From Convolutriloba macropyga (Eukaryota): a stretch of DNA of 64,000 nucleotides. This document shows, piece after piece, positions 11,514 to 25,731 of this stretch (the first letter of the stretch is position 1; each line of letters begins with the position of its first letter). The position numbers and the translations under genes were made by a program. The notes beneath the pieces are model-generated. The model searched no databases. It saw only the letters and a list, made by a program, of their open reading frames with translations, and was not told the DNA's origin. The DNA is taken from NCBI RefSeq assembly GCF_964194025.1, contig NC_134476.1, forward strand, positions 45,012,001-45,076,000. Direction: 5' to 3'.

Positions 11514-14500
11514 ATGACAAAGAAGAACAGTCAAAGTTGTCAGTACGCTTTAAACAAATTCAAAATTGCAGAGCTGAGTTTGAAAAGCAAGCTGGACCTC
11601 TTACAGTCTGCAATTGATCAGCGAAAGAGTTTCAGATCACTCACCCTGCTCATCAATAAAGCAAAATCAAATGTTGACGAGCTGAAAACAACACTTGATG
11701 CCGTGTTAAATGAAAATCCGAACTCCAGCAGTACTTCATCTGTCATGGAACGATATTCAAACCTTCTGTCACGGCTAGAGAAATTTGAACACGAAATTGA
11801 CAGTTTAGATGACGATGGACTACTCAGCCAATCTTCAACTAGGATACGCGATGATGTCAGTGTAACAACTCATACGACTGCCAGATATCCAACCTCACGG
11901 AGATGCTCACCATCAATGAACGAGATTCCAGAAGCAAGCAACCCTGAACGTTCATCTTTCACCAACAAAACACCACCTCTCCCACCGAGACCGGAGAAAC
12001 CGTCCCTGTTTTTGTCTGAATGCCACAGGACCAAACCAATGTTGTCAAAGTTTTTAAATGGCAACAACGAGAATTCCCCTACTATTGCAATGAGTACAAC
12101 AAGTTTATTCAGACCAATTAACATCGATAACACAGTTGATTCCAAAACAGAAGTAAAACACTCGGATAAAAATTTTGCGAAACCTGAGACGACCGTCGCT
12201 AAAACTCCCGATCGTTTTGCTCTCAGTGATACAACATTATCTGCTGTTGATAATTTTACAGTCAACTAGCAGCAGTTTAAAGCAGACAATGATTCTATCC
12301 AGCCACTCAGTTTTGTAAGCGCGCAAAATAACTTTCAAAACAGTTTTCCACAGGAAAACCTTAATAATCAATTACAGTAAAAAAATATGTTATCTGAATT
12401 TTCTCGAGATATCGCCGAGGAACAGTTTCAGACGCAAACGTTTGAACCAAAGAGCATGGGTTGTTCCCAATTCCAAGGAACACATAATCCCCGCTTGATG
12501 AATCCCAGTTCTGTCAAATATTACAGTCAAGAAAAAGCACAGAATCTAGATTTTGATCCGCAACAGACAAAACAACCAATTGAACTGAGTAACACAATGA
12601 CAAACTTTAATCAGTTCTCCGAAATTTTCTGCCAAAACGCAAACAATTTTCAAACATCTAACATATTTTCTTTACCATTGCATAATAGACAGGAATCGAA
12701 AAACACAGAGAATAAAAATTTACCTGGAAACTTCACTCAATTCCAGCCACAGTCACAAGTCAATACCGTAGGCATTGAGCCTGTCAACCCATTCGGTGTT
12801 CAACAAACCGCCTGTTCAAAAACAATAACTGAAAGTGTTCCAATTGCTCCTTCAATCTCAACGTTTCCCCCACAAGCACTGCCTTCAGTAGAGAAAATCC
12901 CCAGCCACAATTACCACATTCACATCAATTTTCCAGCGTATTGAATCCAATATCAAATGAAAGGTTCAAAAACCCTTCATTTGAAATCAAATCTTTACCG
13001 TGGACCTCAAACACAGCTCCATATTGCCAGAATTCAACAAGTAAACACTCAATAAAGTTACCACCTCTTACAATTCAAAACTTTAATGGCAACCCATTGA
13101 AGTACCACGAATGGATAAATAACTTTTTTTTGCCTCGTACATAACAACACCAGTATCACCGACACACATCGTATCACCTATTTGCAAAATGCAGTTACTG
13201 GCAAAGCAAAAGATGTAATCCAAGCTTATTCGTGTGATCCTGCTCATTATAGCACAGCTTTAAACGAACTAATGTCATTTTTGGTGATCCTACAATAGTG
13301 GTGAACGCCTTCATAAATCAATTGGAAAACTGGAAATCAACTAATGACTATAACAAGCAAAATTTTGTGGCCTTTGCTTTGTTCTTGAAACGTTTAGTGC
13401 ACGCTTTCCAATACCTGGGATACACAGCGGACCTACAGAGCTCAACACTTATGAAGAAAGCTAAAGAAAAAGTCCCGCATAACATCCTCCTCAAATGGAC
13501 AGAGCACACCGTTACATCAATCCAAACACCAGCTACTTTGGTTGAATTTCAGAAATGGTTAGAAGTTCAAGCACATGTGTACGATAAGATAAACCGCGAA
13601 AACTTCCAGCAAAATAACCTTCGTAGAAACAACTTTAGTATCTCTGGAACTTTGAACAACAGCGTTAATCACTCAAGAAATTTAGGTACCCAAAATTTAG
13701 CTTTTCCAGTACAGCCGACTAGCCTAAATCAGTTAACAGCAATAAGCAGTAGCGGTAATGTGAAACCACCTAGCGCTCCACCATTTCCATCCCTAAACAA
13801 CTCAAATCAACCAAAGCGTTCTTGCGAAAAATGTCGAGGAAATCATATACTAGCGACCTGTCCCGATTACCAACAATGCAGCCCAAACCAGCGATTTGAC
13901 ATTGTAAGCAAGAGCAATCTTTGCTCGAACTGTTTGAGCAATAAACACAAGAAGCAAAACTGCCCATCAACAAAACGCTGCCAAACATGCAGCGGATACC
14001 ACCACACAACGCTGCATGACCCTGGTAAAATTATCAAGCGTCCACCAGCTGCTTTTGCCACCAGCGATTCCACAGGTACAAGTGTTACCAACCAAGCAAA
14101 TCAGCTTGTCAAACAGCAATGTGAACCAGGAAGTAACAACAACGCAAGCGCCTCATCCAAATCACAAAAGAGCCGCTACGGACAGTCTTTTGCAAACAAA
14201 AATCAGAATCAATTTCAGCGCGCTAATTTGAACAATGCCAACCAAAGTTTTAGCGTGAATCATCTACAGTCTACACCAAAAGAATGGTTCGAACAACTTC
14301 AACTTATCCCAGTATCTTTTCTAAACGGCAAAAAAGCTTTCGATACGTACGCTCTGATCGATCCAGGAAGCCAATTTACTTTCATACTTGACAAAATCAC
14401 AGAGTTCCTTGCTCTTCCATGCGACGATCAAGAAGCAACTACGCTTCAGTATCTTAACACGGAGCATGATATGCCACTTTCAAAAATTTCTGAACAAGTG

Positions 14501-17500
14501 ACAGTTGCATCCTACGAAAATTTGGATCAAAAGTTTCAAATTACAACCACTTATAGCACTCCTTGTTTAAATGTAGCACCAGCTAATACATTTGAACTCA
14601 ACCAACTTTGCGATGCATTCAAAGAACTGCGTCACATTCACTTCCCAGAAATAGCTGAAGGCAAAATCGGTGCCCTTTTGGGAATAAACACTTTTGCTTT
14701 CACACATCCAGTTGAAGTCATCCCGGCAACTAAAAACCAGCCTTTCGGCGTAAAGACGAGGCTTGGATGGACCCTAGCTGGAGAGTATGAAAGAGTGCAA
14801 AAGCAACCCAAACAACGATCTCACCAGCAGAAACAGTACGTGTACCACGTATCACGAAGAAGCTCCGACGATCAGCCTCTTGATGAATTGCTTGAGCAAT
14901 TCTGTAAAATTGAAGCTGAAGGAACTCAACCCGAGCCTGAATCTAAAAATCCCGTTGACAAGGACGCCCTTGATATATTGAACAAAACAATCAGCTACAA
15001 TGGTGAGAGGTACGAAATTGGACTGCCTTGGAAAAAACCATTGAGAATTGAAAATAATTATTTTGCAGCTCTCAGCCAGCTGAAAAGTCTTCAGAAGCAA
15101 CTCAGTAATGACCTCCAATTGAAAGAGTTGTATGAGCAAACTCTCACAACAGATCTTCAAAAATTTTATGTCAAGCCAGTTGAAATGCAGCAGCCAGAAC
15201 CCGAGAAAATTTGGTATTTGCCTCATCACCCAGTGGTTAATCCAAACAAGCCCGGAAAAGTGCGCAGAGTAGCAAATGCTGCGGCCAAGTTTAGAGGACA
15301 ATCTTTGAACTCCAATTTGATCACAGGACCAGATTTGCTGAACAACTTGGTAGGAATTCTTCTGAGATTTCGTGAAAACCCAGTTGCCATTCTCTCTGAT
15401 ATCGAAGGCATGTTCATGCAGATAGCAATAAGGCATGAGGACCAATCTGCATTACGCTTTCTCTGGCCCAATGAAGAGATGGTTAACCAATACCAGTTCA
15501 CCAGATTAATTTTTGGAGCAACCTGCTCCCCATTTTGTGCAATTTTCGTTCTGAACCGTTGCGCAGAAGATAATGCAATTGAATTTCCAAAAGCAGTTAA
15601 TGCAATAAAGAACCATTTTTATATGGACGACTATATCCATTCTTTGCCGTCTATAGAAGAAGCAATTGACACTATTAACCAGACTAAAGATAGCCTTCAT
15701 AAAGGTGGCTTTCGCTTGACAAAATTTGTGTCAAACAAACATGAAGCCCTAAGGTTCATTGAGCAAGAAGATCGAGATGAACTGAAAGAGATCAATAGAT
15801 TCCTCGGTCAGAAATGGAATACCAGAACTGATTGTTTTCTAATGAAGACATTAGAACATTTTGCCCGAAATGCAAGTGAGTATACACAAAGGAAAATGTT
15901 CAGCTTAGTATCAACAATTTTCGATCCCCTAGGAATTTTGTCCCCGCTCACAATTAGAATCAAAATGCTTTTACAACAAGTCTGGAAGCTAGGTAAGAAG
16001 TGGGATGAACCACTTCCCGCAGAACTTCATTCCAACCTACAAAAGGTGCTCGATAGTTACTTTGCAACGCCTGATATCGAAATCTCAGATGGTTGAACTC
16101 CTCAACGAATCAGGAAAATAATCACCAGCTCCATGTCTTTGTTGACGCCTCAACCGTTGCATTGTCAACAGTTGCTTACATTCGCACCCAAAAACAGGAT
16201 GAAATCTTTCAAACATATTTTCTGCTTGGAAAATGCAAAGTTGCACCAATAAAACAAATTAGTGTGCAAAAATTAGAACTCGAAGCAGCCGTTTTAGGTA
16301 CACGCCTCCGCACACTGATACAAACTGAAATGACATTAAAATTTGAAAAAGTCTACTTGTGGACTGATAGTCGTGTTGTCTTAGATTGGATCAGTTCAAC
16401 TAAGAAACAAAACGTTTTCGTCTCAAATCGACTCGAAAAAATTAAGAAAACAACTAAAACTGATGAGTGGAATCATGTCCCAACTAATTTTAATCCAGCC
16501 GACCATGGAACGCGTGGCCTTGAGCCATCAGAAATTCCCCCGAAATGGCTTACACCACCACAATTTTTGCAAAACACTGAAAGTTCTTGGAAAGATTTGA
16601 AAAAGATTTCAACCGTAGGTGCCGTAACCAGAAATACAAAAACACCAATCAAACTTGTTCTAGACCCAAACCGCTTTTCAACATGGAATAAGCTACTTTT
16701 AACCCTCGCAACTGTCTTCAATTTAATTTACAGAGCTAAGAAGAATCGTTCCGACAAAAGCCAATACACAAAAGATGATGTTTGTTTATCTCAAAATTTT
16801 CTGCTGAAGTTGTCTCAAAACAATGCTTTTTCCTCAACAATCAACGCAATAAAAAGAACACAAAAATTAGGCGCCAAGAGCAAATTGAGAAACTTAAATC
16901 CAATAATTGACCAAAACGGACTCCTACGATCTAGTGGCCGTCTCCTATTTGCTCCAACAGAATTGGAGATCGAAAAATGTCCAATAATCTTGGACGCAAA
17001 GGAAAAGATTGCTAGACTATACCTTGAGCATGCGCACAGAATTTGTGCTCATCAAGCAACAAAACCGGTCAAAGCATTCGTACAACAACGCTACTACGTC
17101 ATTGGACTTCGAAAAACACTACTTTCAATAAAATACCGATGTTTTCTGTGTCGCCGTTTTGACACTCAAAGTATACAACCAATAATGGCCCAGAAGAAAC
17201 CGAATTTCCGTTTGCCAACACAGGACTGGACTTTTTTGGCCCGTTTTATATTGAGGACAAACAAGGCAAAATCGAGAAACATTATGGACTTATTTTTACA
17301 TGCCTCGTTACGCGAGCAGTCCATTTAGAAACATGTCCAGATTTAATTACAGACGCCTTCCTCAATGCATATCGACGATTCACCTGCCGAAGATGCCAAC
17401 CTATTTTATTGTACAGCGATAACGGAAAAACATTTGTTGGCGCCTCCGAAGAGCTGAAGAAGTCGGTTAAGGCTTTAGACAAAGACAAGATTTATAAAGC

Positions 17501-18107
17501 CCTAGCTGCAGTCAAAACCACATGGAAATTTAACCCACCATACGGCCCTCATTTCGGTGGCGTGTGGGAGCGATTGATTCAGAGCGCCAAAAGGACACTC
17601 TTGATCATTCTAGGATCTAAGCGTCTCTCCTTCGACATCTTTGAGACAATAATGGTAGAAGTCGAAGCAATCCTGAATTCCAGACCCTTGACAAACGTTG
17701 CTGATCAGCCTGAAAACGAAGAACCACTCACTCCTGACCATTTCCTCATTCAACGCCCTTACGGTTCCTTGCCACCCGGAAACTTTGGAGACCAACAGCC
17801 AGCTAGTTTCAAGAACTGGAAGCACGTGCAGCAGTTGATGAACCACGTGTGGCGGCGTTTGATTAAGGAGTACCTGCCGACATTACTCAAGAGACGTAAA
17901 TGGACAGAAAACAACCAGCCTCCTCTGAAATTAGGAGATGTTGTGTGGGTACTCAAGGACTTGACGCCGAGAGGAATCTGGCCCCTTGGAAGAGTTGTGG
18001 AAACATCCCCTGGACGAGACGGTGAAGTACGAGTTGCCAAAGTAAAAACGGCTTACGGCTCGTTCGTGCGTCCTGTCGCCGGCCTCGCACGGGTTTTTTC
18101 TCCGTAG
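11514..18107 (+). pseudogene. BEL/Pao gag-pol polyprotein broken by a stop (12269) and several frameshifts
   Basis: Gag DUF1759-like KLPPLTIQNFNGNP; three Zn knuckles (CEKCRGNH..C, CSNCLSNKH..C, CQTCSGYHH..H); protease ALIDPGS; RT FGATCSP and YMDD; RNase H LHVFVDAS and PADHGTRG; integrase HHCC, YSDNGKTF, GGVWERL; C-terminal WPLGRV..PGRDG. Confidence 0.95.
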
Positions 18108-18274
18108 TTTTTTAATTCAAATTTTTTGCTTCGGTCTTAGGCAACATGAGCTACATCCACCCCCTTTGATGTTATTGCCCTTACAGTATTTTCATTCCAA
18201 TTATATAGGTTCAAGGATATCGGATCAAACGACAATCAAGATGATCTCCAACCCCTGCCCTCCTTCTTGGAGCA

Positions 18275-18431
18275 TGTTCCCAATGACCTTGGGAACTCAA
18301 GAAAAGCATGACATTTGCTGATGATTAAAACTACCGCCAAAAACCTGAGAGTTACTCTTTCCCAAAACATCTGACAAGAAGTCGCAACCAAATATGAGCA
18401 ACCAAAAGTCTAGAATATATGTTTCACTACA
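18275..18431 (+). repeat. 3' LTR (157 bp)
   Basis: Direct repeat of 8037-8193, followed by TSD TACGG. Confidence 0.97.
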
Positions 18432-18439
18432 TACGGTAT

Positions 18440-18860
18440 TAGGTTTCTGACGGCGTGGGAATCAAACTGGAGTGGCGTACTCTATGTGCGGTCTGACTGG
18501 TGAACTGAAAAGGTATTTCAAAATTAATATGTCTAGATGGACAAAGCTTCTTGCTATCAGTCCCATGGTTCTGTTGGCTCTGACTAATATCTCAGCAATG
18601 TGTTTGTCAAACATGAGATGGCTCTAAAAGCTTAAACCCGGTCTATCTCACTGTCCGCTTTTGATATTCTTGCTGTTGTCACATATACGATGCTCACGCA
18701 TTTCAAGTTTTCTGTTTCCAAGTGGTAACATCTTCGCCTTGTCTGGATGAAAGGGAAATGTACAAGTCCTACTCTAATCATTCATTTTGTACAAGTCTCG
18801 CTGCAGCAATTGGACGCCCTCATTGTCTTTGATAGCGAACCTAATATAATATTTTCTGTT
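18440..18860 (-). mobile_element. Degenerate CR1/L2-type LINE fragment (RT C-terminal region)
   Basis: Minus-strand translation gives LLQRDLYKM...FHPDKAKML and FDKHIAEILVRANRTMGLIARSF...VRPHIEYATPV, with internal stops. Confidence 0.8.
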
Positions 18861-19361
18861 AATACTAATGACGCCTAGTATTCTGAAAGGATTTCTCACT
18901 GAGTTTGAAAAATTAGCCAGTTCTGGGCACATTTCCTTCAAATTTTGGCTTAGTCGCAGTAAAGACAACTCGCATTTTCTTTCTAGTGTAATAAGAGTCA
19001 ACCTTTTTAGTGATTCTATGTTTCAAACAACCGTTTCATTGGGTTAATGCTACACCAACTTTTCAGAACAATTATAGATTTTTGTGAATTTTGCATACAA
19101 GATATTTTGGTGTTTTTTGTGGTCTTGTCACTTTATCACATAATATAAAAATTCCTGATAATAAATGAAATCAAAATTTAACACATATAAAAGTTTTGGC
19201 AAGTAGCTTTCGGTCTTAATGGTTTTATTCATTACCTTTTTGCAAAATTCAAAAGACTTTCTGAATGTTGATTTTATTTGTCGTTGTTTATACATGTAGG
19301 AAAAATTATGAATAGTGGCAGGTCTTAATGGATTCATGTGGAATCGTAAACAAAATTATAT

Positions 19362-19411
19362 AACGATAGCTAGTGGCCTTAAGGAAAACGATAGCTAGTG
19401 GCCTTAAGGAA
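19362..19411. repeat. 25-bp perfect tandem duplication
   Basis: aacgatagctagtggccttaaggaa x2. Confidence 0.9.
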
Positions 19412-20159
19412 TTTGAAATCAAATGCTTTCAAAATGCAAACACAACAGAACTCTGTCAAGTGAATTGCTTTGAAACACATAGCAAGCGGTTTGCTTTGTC
19501 GGTGGGTAGCTGCGGTTTAGAAGGGCTAGCTTTAGTTACAGTAAAGTGAAAGGGTCTCAGTTTGTGGATGGAGTGAAAGCGAGCGGAGGGGACGTTTCTG
19601 AGTTACGGCAGAATGACGTGGAGAAGGCGGGTTGATATTAAATTTTTTGGCAGCGTAGTCCAATGGAAGTTAAATCCGCAAAATGAAGTTTTGTCTTGTC
19701 GATAATTTTTGTGAATTGCATACGTAGAGACTAGTGAGCAGTGAGGCTCTGAGGGAACTTTATGTTATCCGGGTTTTATCTCTTGATCCTAATTGGAGTA
19801 CAAAAACTAAATTAGTTAAACGAATAATTACATACTGACAAAAAACGAGAATTCAAAACATTTTATAAAAAAACAGCAGGACCGAGAATCAGAACGCACT
19901 AGGAATGGCTTTTGCCTCATTGTTTTTTTTGTGATGTAAAAATTGCAACGATTCCAAGTCAAGGCCTATCATCTGAAGGACAGTATTTAGTTGCAACAGA
20001 GACCTAAAGAACAAAATCTTATACCTTCAGTGAAAATTTTATGTTTTTATGGCTTCAACACTGTGTATGCGTAAAAAGATTAGTGAAGTTTCTATTTCGG
20101 TATGTATTTGATGTTAATTTGGAGTCTTGATTAAGTCTCAATAATGATAAGTTTACTCG

Positions 20160-21207
20160 GCCTCCTAAGGAGTTACAAGCTATTATGTCCATGGTTTTCA
20201 GTTGAAAGCTTTTGTATGTTATGAAAGCAATCTTCACGACCATTTTTTTGGAAACTGGCACATTTCCTCTTGCTTGTCAAAATTGTTACATTAATAAATG
20301 ATTATATGTCATATGATTAATTTTTTAATAACGTCGACAGAAAGTGCAAGTTGACTTATCGTATGTTTTTGTAAATAGATTACGGTTTGAACAGCTTAGA
20401 AACTAGATATTGTTTTCTGGTAAACATTAATTGATTTTTTGGTTTTCCTGTATTTGTTTTTCTCTGTAGTCGTATGACAAAATCCAGTTAATAGCAGGTT
20501 TTAGTGGCATTCGAGAGAGGTATAAATGAACCTGTTTAATATTTTCAGTTGATAGCTAATGAACTTTATGATTTGTAATTTGTGTTTATCCAATTAATAG
20601 CAGGTTTTAGTGGCATTCTACAGAGGTATAAATGAACCTGTTTAATATTTTCAGTTTATAGCTATTGAACTTTATTTTTTAAATTTGTGTTTATTAAATT
20701 ACAAATCATAAAGTTACAGAAAACCTGCAAAAAACTTTCTTTACTTTTGCCCTTGTTGTTCTTTTTTGTCCAATTATTACCTGGTCTTATTAAAAAAATT
20801 TCCCAAATCTTCACCAGTGAAAATTATTTTTCAGGTTTGGTTCTATTCCGAATCTATATTGGCTTCTTTAAGAAAGACTTTGTTTGGAAAGTTTTTTTTA
20901 GAAATTAGACTTTGAGTTTTGGTCGTAATTAGTGTTTGTTGTTATTATTGGCTATTGTTTGTTGTTTGTGTAATTTTAAGGTCTAATCAATGACAGGTCT
21001 GGTCAGCCCTCTAACTTGGCATTAATTAATTCATCTGATGATTTGAAATTAAAACCACGTCTTAACTCATACACCAATTATTTTCGAAGACTCTGTGAAC
21101 TTTTGGAAGTATTCGTCTCGTCCTAATTTGACATACAATTATGTCAAAAATGTGGATCAGTGGGATTAGAGTATTATGTGCAAATGCGCTTTACCGAGCC
21201 TCCTTGT
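20160..21207 (+). mobile_element. Non-autonomous Helitron-like repeat, copy 2 (left boundary uncertain)
   Basis: Ends ...taccgagcctccttgt, the reverse complement of 3420 onward. Diverged homology to 3420-4480. Confidence 0.6.
20483..20695. repeat. ~106-bp tandem duplication
   Basis: ttaatagcaggttttagtggcatt... starts at 20488 and 20594. Confidence 0.9.
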
Positions 21208-22099
21208 TCTGTTTAAGAGCTGTTTTTGTTCTTAGGTCAGTCCTCATTTTCTTGTTAGTTTTTGCGATGAAGTTGAGCTGGAAAGGGCCCAACTTTAAAA
21301 GAAGGTTAAACGATTGCGATAGATCTCATGCTTCCGTCGTTAATACAAACATTTTATCAGCGAGTTAATATGAAAGTTAATGTGCTATTTATTCCTATAA
21401 TTGCATTTTTGGTTCAATCAGCAGTAATTGGTAAAATACATCACTACCTGGAGAACTTTTGTACGCATAAAACAGGACCGCTTGCTTATATCTTTTTTTC
21501 TAAATGCCCTGCACGTTTTATTCCCTAGGAGTACCCAAGCTGGTTTCTCACGTAACATATTAACAATTATATCTCAAAATGGTTCATTTAGCAAAATCAT
21601 TTTTGGTTTATTGAATGAATTAGACTGAATGGGTGACGACCGCTCGTAAACTTCGATGAAGACCTGTCAAAAAGGACGCTAGGTTTGGTGCTTCCTGCAA
21701 TTTCCCTGATCTTAAGTCGAAGACCTTTGCTCTATCTCCGTCATATACGTTGAAAAAAGTTGGTTTCTGAACCAAAACGTCGCAGCCAAAACAATATTGT
21801 TTTCACCTATATCTTCGTTATTGCAACCCCCGAACCTGGAATGGTTCAATTACCGAGCATATCTTAATCTTACCCTAATAAGTTCTTCCTGATCACGCTA
21901 TGACACCTAGTTTCCATAAGAAGTTGCTTACCACAATTTCGAAGTTTTAAGATCTGATCCGCAAGTTATCTCAGACACGTTTTAAAATTACACCAAACCA
22001 ATAAAATTAATGTTTTTGAGTGTTTTAATCACAGGTTTTTTGTGATAGATCCATATCTAGTCCCACGGGCTGCTGAGGCATGCATGCCCTTATCCACAA

Positions 22100-22970
22100 G
22101 ACCGAACAGAAACGACGTGCAAATTGTTCGGATTGTTTGGTTTTCCACGTAAGGGATCGTCGGTGTGTTCGGTATGTGCTGTTTCAAACTTAAGAAATCG
22201 TCGGTATGTTTGGTCTCTTAGATTTGGTATCTTCGGTTTCAAGCATAAAAAATATTGGTATGTTCGGTTTCAAACTTACAATAGACGCTGGTATGTTCGT
22301 ACTCTGCTTTGATGAAATGGATTTCAGATATCAGAAAAAAGAGGATTTCAATTGATTCACGAAACTCTCCCATGAAACCGAACTTGTTACGAACGTTCCT
22401 CTATATCTGAGGAGTCTAACAGGCCAACAAATTTTTGTTTAGCTCATCTAAAAAAGTTAGCTTTTCACTTGTTTGTAGTTGCTTATATTATATTATATAT
22501 TTTCTGCATTAATTTGCTTTTTGTTTGGAGTTTTTAGGCGGTTTTCACCATATTCCTGCACTCGAAACTCCTATAATTGTTTGTTTGTAACTCTGCCTTA
22601 GCCGTTGCCGAGTCCGGGTGAGCAATGAGAAGGGAACCGCCTCCAGAAAGTATTGGAAATTCTCAAAAATTGTTTTTTAATCAGCTTGAGAAACATATCC
22701 GACAACTATTTAAGCTATTTAATAATTGATTTAACTTCAATTCAAGTTTACTTCAAATTGTTTTTCCTTTCGGATGCCCTATTTCGCTCTTAACGAAGAT
22801 TTCGTTCGTTTAAAAGCGAACATACATAATCTAGGAAACCGAACTCTTTCTCTCGTTCAAAACTGGACATACCGATGATAACGAAGAAAAAACGTAAGGG
22901 CTTTGGTCGTTTTGCTCTACCTATGACAATAACCGAGCATACTGACGATTTTCTTAAAAAACGAAGATTT
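22100..22970. mobile_element. Degenerate foldback/MITE-like element
   Basis: Repeated gtcggtatgttcggt-like motifs on the left; inverted copies (accgagcatactgacgatt, cataccgat) on the right. Confidence 0.45.
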
Positions 22971-25731
22971 CTGCACTAGAGTGTCCCTGGCCCACAATGC
23001 TTGCCCAATTGAATAAAAATTCTTTTATACGATAGAATATGTTGATTGAAGGCTAATTGATTGCATAATATTGCAATTCTAAGGCAGTTTTTCAGTCAGT
23101 CAGATTCCTTTAAAAGACTGTCAAAAGGATCCACCGAAAATATTGCAAGAAATCAAAAAAATACATGCAACTACAATAATTGCCTCAAGGCCATTCGAGA
23201 GCCATTAATGACGATTTAATATGGTTTATTGAAATAGAGGAATCATTCCACTGCAATACAACAACACAACCTCGCTACAGAGCAACAAGTTGGTAATATT
23301 TTAATTCTGGCCTAAAGTTACCATCGAGTTTGGCAATCAATCGTTTTACTGCTCGATATATTAATCTATGCGGGTGATAGTACAAATAACCGACAGTGGT
23401 GTTAGCCGACAAGGAGACAAAAAGTAAATTAGGTGATTGCTTTAATTCTGATTTGCTGTCAAATCTCATTGGTCTAACTTGTATGTTCTAGCATAACAAT
23501 AGTACTGTTTCCTCAATGAAAAGGTCGATACTTCGAATTTGTATCGGTAAGGCAGTCATATTAACCTAGAGTATTAAATTTCTGCTTTAATATTATTCGG
23601 CTACTTGACTTGGGATAGAATTAATTAAAAAGAGAGTTAATTCAAACGACTAGACTACATTTGCTCAATTTTGATTGGCTAAAATTGTCCGATTTCTCAC
23701 GCTGATATATTTCGTAATTTTCCCTACTTTTCTTCACGCCGCTTATGTAAAATATTCTTATTTCCAATGCTTTCATGTTTCCTTTTTCAATTTAAAATAA
23801 TTGTTTTCTTTCTCGGTTCCGTACTTTAATTCCGGAGAAAAATTAACTCAAAGACTTTTTATGGACTTTAAAGCTCCCTTTTCTAGGATTGTAAAAATGT
23901 GTTTTTAGCTTTAATTTTGGCATTTTGAACTCCCACGGAACAATTTTTCAAGTTTTATTAAACGCTGTTCAAGATTTATAGCCATTTGAACTTTTCTTTT
24001 GATCGAACAGACAAGTCTATTTTAACCTCCCTTAAATCTAGATTAATATTCCTGTTATAGAGGGAAATTACTGGCGAAATATTACTTGTAGCTATGGGTT
24101 TGCTTTTATGGATTATTAATAATAACTTTCTGTTGAAGTTAGTTATATGTTCTCTTTTACTGGCCTTGTTAGCAACAGCCACGCTGGAAGGTAAATCAAA
24201 GTTCAAAGTTTAAGCCTTCAATTTAATTTTGATCAGTCTTAATCAGCAAAAAAGTTCTTATTTGAGACATGAGAAGTCGGCCAACTTCGTTTGTTTTCAG
24301 TTTTTGTAAAAAAAATTGCTTTGTTTCAGGCGAGGAGTTATTTGTGGAATGGGAAAACCCAGTACAGGTTAGACTATTCACTTTATTTATTTTTTGCTTT
24401 TAACTTTACATATATCTAATTCTGCTTCAATAAAAAAGCAATTGATAACACAGGGACAGAAGGCTGTGCAGAATCAAAACAGCAAGCTATAAAAGACAGC
24501 TGGACCTGTTCGCCAACTGTTGCCTATGTTTTGGGGTTTTGCAGCCAGTTGGCACGCCTGTCGAGACTAGAAGCCTATCTTGCAACATTTCTATCATTTT
24601 TCTTGCATAATAAGATAATAAAAATAATAAAAAATAATTTTTCTTGCATTTTTTTTGCGAGATAGGCTTCTGAGTGGTCGCGATCAGATTTACATCTGGC
24701 AGTATAAAACACAAAAACATAGGTAACGGTGGGCAAACAACTTCAACCACTTATAATTTTCGCTTAACAATATAACATAAACTCAACATAAACTTAACAT
24801 AGGTTGAAAAGTTTAATCTATTTTTGAACAGTTAAGTTGCAACAGTTAAGTTAAAGTTGTGCCGCAGTTTTGTAATATTTGTGATATTTCCCAAAGTGAA
24901 AGTTTCCAGTGTTATAATTAGTAGTAATTGATTGAAATTTTTGTTTCGTAAAAATAAAAAAACAAAATTTTTGTCTAGAGTGACAAAGCCTCGATAGTTT
25001 ATCATATGGGGTGGGACACCCTCGCAGACGTTAAATGCACAGTCTGCACGTTAGTTTTTGACCTGTTTTTTCGTGTCATTTTTCAGTACTTAGCACGAAG
25101 ACGGTATATCTAAGCATAGTATCGTACTTGGAGTTATAGTCAAGGTACTTCGTATCTCATATCGACTAAAAAAAGAATAAACCTTAACATGTTTCACTTT
25201 TTGTCTGATCATACAACTCCGCTTTGTCGCAGTTTTCGAATCATTTTTGCTAACTTTCATTTTTTTTACGATTTTTAGTCCAATAGAATGAATTCATCCA
25301 ACGCTTCAAGTGGAATTGCTTCCCACTAATTCCCACAGATTCTAATCAAGACATAATTTTTCTCCAGATGAAATCCGGTGTGAAAAGATTAGCACTGTAC
25401 CCCCAATGAACTACAAATTGGAGTAGTTGTTTACGCGAGTGAAAAAATATCAAGTTCAGATCATCACAGTTTGCACCGTTCCCCGAAGAAAAGTAGTCGC
25501 TAGCCTTTTTACTAATTTGAAATGGGGAAACCTATATGGAGGTAGTTTGAAATGTAAAATCAGATTTTTAAACTCATGTTGTTTGCTAAAAAGCTATACA
25601 CATGTAATCTTGATATAATCTGTAACATGATACACCCACTAGTGATGTGGTGTAGATTTGTGCAGGGTTACCTTTGCTAAATTATCTGCAATTATTCATA
25701 TCATGTAATTGGTGTCTTTAGCCCAATTCAG

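Larger units (their letters stand above)
8037..18431 (+). mobile_element. Full-length BEL/Pao LTR retrotransposon, coding region disrupted
   Basis: Two 157-bp TG...CA LTRs, 5-bp TSD TACGG at 8032-8036 and 18432-18436, domain order gag-PR-RT-RH-IN. Confidence 0.97.

Noticed and set aside
11870-18040. Antisense ORFs inside gag-pol (e.g. 14852-15445)
   Set aside because: Shadows of the coding strand with no recognisable motifs.
18108-18274. env-like extra ORF in the BEL element
   Set aside because: Only 167 bp lie between the pol stop and the 3' LTR.
3420-21207. Giant TIR transposon formed by the two inverted ~1-kb repeats enclosing the BEL element
   Set aside because: The arms are strongly diverged, no TSD is present, and a third copy of the same end lies at 36131; independent insertions are simpler.
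23200-23660. Possible LINE 3' remnant on the minus strand (VVLQWND)
   Set aside because: A single weak motif; too degenerate to support a call.
25460-25541. Candidate upstream exon of the Eph-like gene (IITVC...LKWGNLYG)
   Set aside because: Phase-compatible with 25732, but no start codon or signal peptide could be linked, so it was left out of the model.
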